Below, one piece after another: positions 55,601 to 64,000 of a stretch of DNA of 64,000 nucleotides. The stretch covers positions 99,696,001-99,760,000 of the forward strand of contig OX597819.1 of NCBI GenBank assembly GCA_951406725.2, given 5' to 3'. The position numbers and the translations under genes are program-made. The notes below the pieces were generated by a model that saw only the letters and a list, made by a program, of their open reading frames with translations, was not told the DNA's origin and did no database searches. This stretch comes from Octopus vulgaris (taxonomy: Eukaryota). How positions within the stretch are numbered: position 1 is the first letter of the stretch; each line of letters starts with the position of its first letter.

Positions 55601-57487
55601 ATAGATAGCTTTACATATAGCCATCTCCTGTTCGGCAACGTGCTTCAACTACTTTTTTTTTTATTAAAACATGAGCACAAGAGAAGCATTTATTGAGGTG
55701 ACCTATTATTGATGGATTCTTTATTCTAAATGAATTGTGCATTTGAGTGACTGACGGGCGCGTGGAATTATATGCGTGTGTGTGTATCAACAGACCCCTA
55801 TCTCTGATATATGAGCAGTAACATAATGTCGGCATTTGTTGGGCTTTGTAGAGTCAGAACTAAACTTATCTTGGCAATATTTTTCTTTACACAGAACGCA
55901 GTTATGAGAACTTTACAAATGTATGATCGTAATAAAAAATAGTGTGGGACCTATTATTTGGAGTGAGCTTTTTTTATACATGGAGATAATGACCTCAAGG
56001 GTAAGCTATCTTCGTTATGTTTGTGCCAAGAGTGATAACTGTTGTTCTATATTTTCTCCTCTTGATCGACTCGGGGCACGTCAATACTGTGCATTTTCTT
56101 GCCAGTTGCTAAAACGAAATTTTTGCCTCATTACATAGGAAACAGTAAATAATACGTTCACTGGTATTACGGAAAGTTTGTTGATCTGTCAAAAGCTTAG
56201 TGAATGCAATTGAATAAAATCAACATCTGTGTATCATACTAAATGCCTATACGCCGCAGCGAGATCTGATGCTTGAGTTTTTGTCTGAGAGTAAAATCTC
56301 TTCATCGACATATATTAAAACCACAATATATATATACATATCGGAACGAGGAGAACGCCATCGTGGCTGTGACTCATGAGATCGACAAACTCGTTTCGCT
56401 CTATTTGAGGCGTCGCAATGCCGTGCTGCGACAGTATGTACTCTGTATGAAAATCTTTCATATATTCTGTTTTTTTAATGTAACATGTAACGAAAACATT
56501 TTCTCTCGCGCAAAAAACACACCATCGGGCTTTTCACCAGTGTATATATCCATTTAGTATGATACCCAGATGCCGATTATATTCCAGGCTGTTTTTAGCA
56601 GTAGAACGGAGAAGGGACACAGAAGAGATCATTGCTGATTCAAATGCGCGTCAACCTCGATCAAGCAGGCATGTTATAGAATATATTTTAGCCGTAACCA
56701 TTCCGTCTGTTAGGAGTAATCCCATTAAGACGTTGCACTGATTTGAACTCAGAATGAAGGGATGTAGAAAAATAATTCAATGTATCCATTCCACTCTTGC
56801 AATGAAAACCTATTCATAACCGATAGCTCATCCTGGGTTATAGGTGGCATTCATCATATCTTTAAAAAGATTACGTACCATTTGGGGTACGTTGTCTTAA
56901 TTTTCTAGGAGATCATACCAAATTGCGACATTTATTTCATTTCCTAGACGTGTGCAAACACAAGGCTATAAAATTTTGGAATTGCAGGCATGAAGACACA
57001 GCAGTTCTAATCGCGTGTCTTAAAATGCTAAATCGAATTACAAATAATCTTAGAGTCATGAGTATCCAATCGGAGTCTTCTATAGATAAATGTCCAGCTT
57101 ACCCAGGAGATGGGCTGGAATAGTAGAGACAGATTTTTTCATTACTGCCGGTCCATAGAATTGAGAAAGCTTGTGACGGACGTAAGTGTGAAGTTCAACA
57201 TAGAGGGGCTTGATTTCCCGTAACAATTGGTCTGATAAGACTTCGATCCATTGTGGAAACTCATAGTACTTTTCTCGTTGGTACTCTCCAATATCGTTAA
57301 AACCTGGAAAATACACATTGAAATAAGAAATGTACGTAAAACGTCAACGTTCAGAATCAAATCTGTAATATAATTAATGAAATTAATTATGAAACAGGCG
57401 TATGAGCGTACATTCACTTTCAACAAAAGTCAACACTCGAACTAAAAAAAAAAAAAAATACGCACCTAAAAACACAAACGCAATCAT

Positions 57488-57540
<53 letters not shown>

Positions 57541-60500
57541 TTATTTATGTGAGCATATTTGTGTGTGCTTGTGTGTGTGTTTGTGTGTGTATATGCGTGT
57601 GTGTGTGTATTTCTGTCGATCACGAGAAGCGATAAGTTACAGAAGTCAATACAAATATTGAGTATTATCTAATACATTACAACAGATAGGCTCCGATTTC
57701 TAGCTCATCAGCGAGCTTAGTGGTTAGAGCGTTGCAGTCACGAATGTGTCTGTGTGTGTAAGTGTGTGTGTCTTTGTGTATGTGTTAGTTGCCACATTGC
57801 TTGAAACCGATGTTTGTGTGTTTACATCCCCGCAACTTAGCGGTTCGGCAAAGCGATCAAGAGAAACAAGTAAAAGATAAACGGTAAAAAGTGCATGTAT
57901 ATATGATGTATGTATGTAATGTATATAAATATGAATGAAGAAAAATAATACATAGTTGACATTTTCTTGAAAATAATCCTTTTATTCATTAGATAACAGT
58001 TTTCTATCGCCACTCCTCCTACATTTTATATAGAAAACTTCCTTGTATGATTTCGAATGATTTGATTTGTTTTATTTTAAGATGGAGAAAATGATTTGAC
58101 TGGGAAAAAGGACACACACACACACACTAACACAACCATCATAATTTCGCAGTCGATAAAAATAAATACCGTTCTTGTACTAGGATCAATATCATCGATT
58201 AAGTCTTTCATCATAATTCAAGTTATTGTGCCTTTTCTATAAGCAATATTTAGTACATTTCCAAAATTATTGACATAAAAACCAACAAAACTGTCGACTT
58301 CGTATAAAAACCTCAATCATACTTAACGTTATTATCCAATTAATGTCACGAAAATAAATTACAACTGAATTGTTTCAATATACAGAAAACTTTCACAATA
58401 AATTTATATCTATTTTCATATCTATCACTAATGTGAAAGGTTGTCCTTTACTCGGTTTAACTCCACTCCTGATCCTTGGTTTACTTTTTCTTGAATACAC
58501 TTAGTTGCATACATTTGGTTGACATTTCATCTCATGAAATTTCCTCCCTTCCTTTCATTTGTCTCGGAAACTTGAAATTTACTATGGCTTTCTGCACTAA
58601 ATCATGGTAAAAACACACTCTGTGTTCAAAATATGCTAGAAATATTTGACCCATTAGACCTCATTTCGTTTTGTATTTTAAGTCCCGATATCATTGTTTA
58701 CTATATTTCTTCATAAATCGATAAAATTATTAGAACTTCAATATTAATGTCGGACTGAAATTTTGGCTCAAGGCCAGCCATTTCGAGGTAGTGAGTAAAT
58801 CAATTATATCGACCTTAGTACTCAAGTGATAATTATTTTATCGACCCCGAACAAATGAAAAGCAAAGTTGCCCATGGCGACATTTGAACTCACAATGTAA
58901 AGACGGACAAAATGCGCTAAGCATTTTTGCCGCTGTACTAACGATTCTGTCAGCTCTCCACCTGAACTTAGATATTAATATTGGTTCAGTCGCTATACTC
59001 TCATACCTATAAAGATATGCATTATGAAGAACTAGTCATAGACATCGCAGTTAGAAATGGATGCGAGCTTAGTTCAATAGAAATAGCAACTGTATTATCC
59101 AGTACTGAATTATGCAGTACTGTCATAAAAAAAAGGAGGGCCACTGTGGATAATACAGCCCAGGATACATTACATCTGAAATCAAAAGGTGAGATGATCA
59201 CAGCTGGAATATATTTGAACATATAACTACTGAATTGAGCACTGGTGTTATTAATGTTTGTGAACAATTAGTATTCCAGATTCGAACCAACTAATGTTTT
59301 GTCTCATTAGTTCTTACGCTTCAGAAGTAAACATTTATAACTATCCAAGGAAATTTATTGGACTATAGCCACAAATAATTTGTGGTCGGTTTAATCGATC
59401 ATACACTTCCCTTCGTAAAAATAATTCTATTTCTAACAAAGCAAAATATTTTTGGACAACAGTAAACAAAAACAACTCAGATAGCTTCTTTTTACTTTTC
59501 ATTTAATTCAACCTTGAACCATTGTAGCAGCGTTTTCATGCCTTGAGAGAATTAACTCTGTTGGTCATGATTTTCAATATATTGAAGAACTAATGAACAT
59601 GATAATACTACACACAAGCTGAACATTCATCTCTGATATTCATAAAGCATATAAAACCCATCAGACAGTATTAAATTTATTAACACAGCGCCAAGCTATA
59701 GCGAGCTGTGAATAATTCTACACGCATGAAATGTCTCTTAAAATACATACCATGCAATCGTGCTAACGATTAAATGACAGACAGCTCCGGATATCATGTG
59801 AACGTTGTTGAAACAAAATTTGCTGCGTTAATTACATTTTGCCTTCAATTTAACATAACATTTTAATCACATTAATTACTTCATTTGCATTCTGTTTGAT
59901 CGTCCCAAATAACCCAGGAGCTACATTTTAACGAATTGCTAATGTTCGATCACTTCTATTGATTAACTTCACAATTTTGACATAATATCCACGGTTTTTA
60001 AAAGCAACAGTTACAGAATAATCATAAAATGTCAATTGCTGCTAACCTAGTACCACAAGTACCCCAGTTAGCTTCCATGTTTGCCAATATGTGCGATATA
60101 ATGACCAATTCTACTCATCAAAATTCCATTCTACATCTACTTTCAGATTGGTGCAGGATTTCAGTCTTTCTCACTCCGTATATATATCTCAAATAAATAT
60201 AAATATAAAATAACAATACTAATCAAAAAGGCAATGATGAACACAGATGTAGTTTCATATAAATGTTTACTATGGGCTTTACCAAATATATTTAACCATT
60301 TCTATTTTCGTGAATTAAATAAATTTACTTGATACAAAAGATAAACGTAAACGTTCGACATGTTTATACAATCTTTCCTTCGACAGCAAAAGAATGATCG
60401 AAAAGATAATAACATTTTCATAGGTTCATCTTTAATCCGTTGCCCTACATTTTACTACCATTGTGAAACTGTGTTTATAACGACCGCTGTTAAACTTTGA

Positions 60501-63500
60501 ACTAATGACTTGCATATTTTACATTCTGTTCGTAAACTATTGATGTACCGTCACTGTTTATTTTTCGAACCGAATTTTACTATGGAATATATCCAAACAT
60601 TAACCACCACTACTTTCGTGAGTTAAATATATTTACTTGATACATACAATAGATGTAAATGTTTATCATGTTTATGCAACCTCACTGTGGATAGTAAAAC
60701 AGAGATCGGCAAGACAACGTCGTCTCTTTTATTGCTGTAGTTTCGTGAGCGATCATTTACTATACACTTTTCCCAGGTCTAAAATGCTAAACTTCTCGCC
60801 AAATTGTTATATTTTAAAATCTCCTTTAGAAGAAAACACTAATTTGGAGTGTATTTAAGCATCTATCTGAAGTATTTACACACCAATGCAGTGTTGAGCA
60901 CTCATTGTCACCGATCGATATTAACATAGCAGCGCTTCTTTCGTTCATAAATTCTCTGCTTGCTCTTAAACACGAACGTAGAATTAAGACAAACCATATA
61001 TGCTATATATATGTTATATATATATATTGAGCCTTTGATCAGTTGAGATATTCAATGCTGATTTATGAGCCGATCTGGATGTTAAACAATGACAAAAACA
61101 ACAGTATATAGATTATTTTAGTTTCTTTCATGAATAGTAAATTATTTTCTTATCATCAGAGGGTACTCGATAATTGACTGTTATTCTTTTTCTTTCGGGT
61201 AGTTCCAGGTTAGCTCTGATCAGGCAAATTTATAAACAAAAGTATTTCCAACTGGAAGTTTCCCGTTCCGGATGTGATCACTTCGATGTTCCTTTTTCCC
61301 TTTTAGACTTAGTGTATCTAGAACTACACATTACAATATTTTTGTTCTACGAAGCTAGGATTTCATTGAAGCATGATTTGGCTGATACACAGGTCCTATT
61401 TTCCTATCACCCGTGCATCATATATGATATGCATTTCCTAATCCTTTAGAAAAACCAGACTGACGTGTTCCTTAGGTAAAGAAAGCTATATATCAATCAT
61501 ACCATATGAAACAAAGGCTATCTAAAGTCTAAAAAAAAAACATGGACGTTTAGGACAAGCCTATGAAATGATTTGGACAGGTAAAGGTTAAGACATAGAT
61601 GAACTTTAATCTCTTAAGTACAGTAACAGTACGACGTCGCTGATAATAGGCAAGTCCTGTCTCGTTCATCAGGATGTTACCTCACACTACCCTGAACTTG
61701 ACTCATGGTTCTACGTAGTTTTATTCTGAATGAAATTCCGAACGTTACAGAAATTTTGCAAAATACCAAATATAGATAATTTCCCTTAGCGTGATTAGTT
61801 GTAGAAAACAAAAACACTAGCGTATGTGTATATTCATTTATATAGCCACAGATAATGACACGAACTTGTATATATTCTTCAAAATACATACGTTCATCTG
61901 CACGACCTCTTCATGTTTACTGATCTGAGAAAATAAAGGAAAACATATTCGCCACAAATTTTGCTGTCTCACAAAATGTAAGGGCATATTGGATAATGCA
62001 GTCCTAGATATATAGTGACCGAAAAGAAGTAGTCGTTACTCGATTGCTTTGTTTCAAAGTTCTTATTTATCTACGTAAACCTGGAGCTGAATAATATTTA
62101 AAGCCAGCTTTCACCGGATAAGTCTGGCTTGGAAACGTGTACTATACTTTTAGTATTTGTTTCAGACGCCTTTGTAGTTGCAAGCAGACCTAGACACTCA
62201 CTCAATTGTCCCACACTTGAGCTAACAGTACATTCAGGATGCAAAATTTAAAAGGCAGGCTGCATCATTATTTCACTGATGCCCGTTTATAGGTGAGTAA
62301 AGTAAAACTGTGTGAAATGAAATACCATCTTAAGAGTATATAGCAGTCCCTGGTACACGAACTGATCACCCGACATGATTTTCAACCTAAGTAGCAACAA
62401 CATCGATATCAACAAGTGTATGTATACTTGAGATAGGGCGAAGATGGCAAAAAGGGAAAGAGGTGGGGGAAGAAATTGTACTATGTGTGTAAGTATGAAT
62501 AATATATCAGCTCGTCAGTTCGTTCTCAGAGATAAGCTTAAATTTAGATTATTTAATCGATTTCCTACATTGGATAAATCACAGATTTATAGAGAAAGGT
62601 CGAGAAATATTTGCGTGATCACACCATTTAGCATTTTGTTAAACCATCTGCACACTTCGTTGTTGATGTTGTTAAACTCTATGGCAGCCCTGTTCCAATA
62701 CGGACGTTCTGTCCAAGATGAACTCATTTTCTTTTTGGTGGGGAGTAGTTCTAATTCAGAATCGTGTGCTACTTCTTGCTGATCAAGCGACTACGTAGCA
62801 GATCCTTTGTTTAACTTACGAGAAGAAAGGTACAGTTGACAATGTACAAATTTCAATTGCTACTTTAATTACAGTGAAATGTTTTAGCGGATCTCTAAAA
62901 TATCGCCGATGAGAAATCTTCTACGTAGTTGTGCAGCCTGCTTGTCAGGGCAGGTAAATCTCTGAAATCAAACTCTACAGTTGTTTTAGACGGAATGTCA
63001 TAATTGATAACGAAATACAAGTTTAATTATCTGAAAAGGCATAATGTCTTTCCTTTTAGATTTGTTCTATCAGAACCAACCTAGCATTAACGAACCTTGT
63101 CTTTCTATGAACATCACGATTACCATTAAAATAACATGCTCCTAAAATTCATGGAAAGCTCACTATAAAATCTAGAAACGCTTTCAGTTACTCGTGAGAA
63201 TGTTTCTCTTTTTAATATAGTTAAATAACCTAGACGCTAAAAGCATAAACATTGCACAAACTTACATTTCTGCTTTTGACAGAATCCAAAACTTTGTACA
63301 AAGACAATATCATGCTTACCATTATCAGTGGCACCAATATTCAGTAGATGGACATAATTGGTTAACAAGTCTCGAGTAGAAGGTCCAATTACATCTCTCC
63401 AACCTTTCCAGGCCCATAACAATTGTCTGGGATCTCGACTAACTGACATCATATTTATAAGATCTGGTTCCAAAGACAAGCATTTGCGGGCAGCACAAAG

Positions 63501-63530
63501 TTTCGATTTCGAATAGGTTCTCGACATTTG
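39663..63530 (-). CDS. ACE: angiotensin-converting enzyme-like peptidyl-dipeptidase (peptidase M2), last 8 coding exons; 5' exons lie beyond the window
   Basis: Exons 63530-63320, 57303-57103, 54247-53983, 48030-47798, 45141-44997, 43960-43862, 41523-41401 and 39840-39663. All are GT-AG and splice in frame. Motifs IPAHLLGDMWAQ, HHEMGH, EAVGD and FDPGSKYH...PYIRYF. Confidence 0.93.
40049..40612 (+). mobile_element. internally deleted mariner with both TIRs and TA duplication
   Basis: TTGGGTTGTCCGGAAAGT.CGTGC at both ends. MEDKKVHF start is fused to [21 protein letters not shown]. Confidence 0.92.
41401..41523 (-). CDS. ACE: ACE-like exon ([40 protein letters not shown])
   Basis: 123 nt, ttctttctag / gtaagt. 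Confidence 0.92.
41806..42035 (-). mobile_element. SINE family B with ~18-bp target-site duplication
   Basis: TCTACA(G/A)ACCTGCATACC on both sides. Confidence 0.85.
42410..42635. repeat. 21-bp minisatellite (CACGCAACACGCACAGACAYA) in a CA-rich tract
   Basis: Direct reading of about 8 units. Confidence 0.85.
43862..43960 (-). CDS. ACE: ACE-like exon ([33 protein letters not shown])
   Basis: 99 nt, gtttcag / gtaaca. Confidence 0.93.
44560..44860 (-). mobile_element. possible decayed RTE-like LINE C-terminal fragment
   Basis: Remnants RRWKYL and [14 protein letters not shown]. Confidence 0.35.
44997..45141 (-). CDS. ACE: ACE-like exon ([47 protein letters not shown])
   Basis: 145 nt, tattttaag / gtaaga. 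Confidence 0.93.
45388..45791 (+). mobile_element. second retrozyme family: one 353-nt unit plus a 51-nt direct repeat, ending in (TA)n, inside an ACE intron
   Basis: CCACCACCGCTCATGTCTC...TTTCTAAT at 45388 and 45741 (period 353), an internal hammerhead, and extensive self-complementarity. Confidence 0.82.
45523..45569 (+). ncRNA. type I hammerhead ribozyme
   Basis: cctggg-CTGATGA-cgggt taag accca-GAAA-catgcatg-TC-ctcagg. Palindromic stem III; C.A mismatch at the base of stem II. Confidence 0.85.
47798..48030 (-). CDS. ACE: ACE-like catalytic exon (VKMCT...[14 protein letters not shown]...[15 protein letters not shown])
   Basis: HEXXH plus the downstream EAVGD zinc ligand; ttcttgccag / gtaaat. 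Confidence 0.95.
48083..49622 (+). mobile_element. decayed Dong/R4-like LINE 3' portion ending in (TAA)n
   Basis: [52 protein letters not shown]...LIDITVP; (TAA)n at 49554-49622. Confidence 0.85.
49623..50200 (+). mobile_element. second Dong/R4-like LINE fragment (RT region)
   Basis: [52 protein letters not shown]. Confidence 0.88.
51115..51455 (-). mobile_element. tRNA-derived CORE-like SINE; related copy with a different tail at 54385-54687
   Basis: Minus-strand head CTCAGTGGTTAGAGCG..GAGTTCGTTTCCCGG, then CTTGAGTAAGACACCTTATTTCACGTTGCTCCA. Confidence 0.8.
52884..53970 (+). repeat. SINE family B head followed by five ~180-bp body units with a 364-bp higher-order period, then a LINE-like tail
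   Basis: ORF-track translations 53049-53393 and 53413-53757 are nearly identical (offset 364). Confidence 0.9.
53983..54247 (-). CDS. ACE: ACE-like exon ([11 protein letters not shown]...[10 protein letters not shown]...[16 protein letters not shown])
   Basis: 265 nt, aatttcag / gtaatt. Confidence 0.94.
54737..55344 (-). mobile_element. two adjacent SINE B insertions separated and flanked by the same 16-mer
   Basis: CAATATGCAGAATATT at 54721, 54938 and 55345. Confidence 0.8.
57103..57303 (-). CDS. ACE: ACE-like exon ([10 protein letters not shown]...[16 protein letters not shown]...IPAHLL)
   Basis: 201 nt, tattttccag / gtaagc. Confidence 0.94.
63320..63530 (-). CDS. ACE: ACE-like exon ([12 protein letters not shown]...LEPDL...[10 protein letters not shown]...GATDN)
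   Basis: 211 nt, gtttcaacag / gtaagc. The acceptor could instead be ~22 nt further upstream. Confidence 0.9.
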
Positions 63531-64000
63531 CTGTTGAAACACTTTTTGTTTTCTAATAAATATACAGTGGGTTTCTGATAAAATATACAGCAGCAACAAC
63601 AATTATAAGTAATAATAGTACCCAAGGAAATTTCACGGTTCAATTTAGTGGTACTGTATCAGCCATAAAACTCTTCCCTTGTCGGTCGGAATATCTTGTT
63701 ATTTCGTTCATAATGCTTAAATGAACACTCTGCTGCTTACTTGAATGAATTGTATTGATTCAGTGAATAATTATACTATAGTTTGATAATAATTGAAAAT
63801 AGATTTGAGCGGTAATATTTCTGATACGTTTCATTACTAGAGGGAAGTTTTCTGTCTGACACTGTACTTATTTTTATTCCTTATGCATGAAAATATATGA
63901 GATAAAATGCTGCAATTTTGATTACACAATCATTTATATGCATGAACAATATACATAATACATCAATAATGTAAAACAAGGTAAGTAGAACTAATTATGC

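Noticed and set aside
60286-60682. Diverged ~90-bp direct repeat about 310 bp apart
   Set aside because: Looks like an old local duplication; I saw no coding or structural signal.

Overview
This is AT-rich, intron-rich animal DNA full of (TA)n microsatellites. The SINE families resemble those I recall from octopod cephalopods; the taxon is my inference. The main gene is the 3' part (8 exons, minus strand, 63530->39663) of an angiotensin-converting-enzyme-like M2 metallopeptidase, with an intact HEMGH...EAVGD zinc site and no C-terminal membrane anchor. The left third may hold the tail exons of a plus-strand gene with Tyr motifs, including a duplicated 103-nt exon that has diverged faster than its flanking intron. 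The rest is mobile DNA: APE-RT LINEs (one with an intact 1005-aa ORF2), Dong/R4-like LINE fragments, mariner elements, several tRNA-derived SINE families and Penelope-like elements (PLEs). The most notable system is ribozyme-based. A tandem array of a 353-nt unit (31460-33117) carries a complete type I hammerhead ribozyme in every unit and ends in a twin-priming-like 5' inversion. A second, sequence-divergent element with the same 353-nt period (45388-45791) has its own hammerhead and appears to share a covarying multi-branched fold, so these look like two retrozyme (circular RNA) families. At least seven further kinds of minimal or variant hammerhead motif are scattered in PLE-like remnants. 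All alignments, counts and folds were done by eye, and TE boundaries are approximate.
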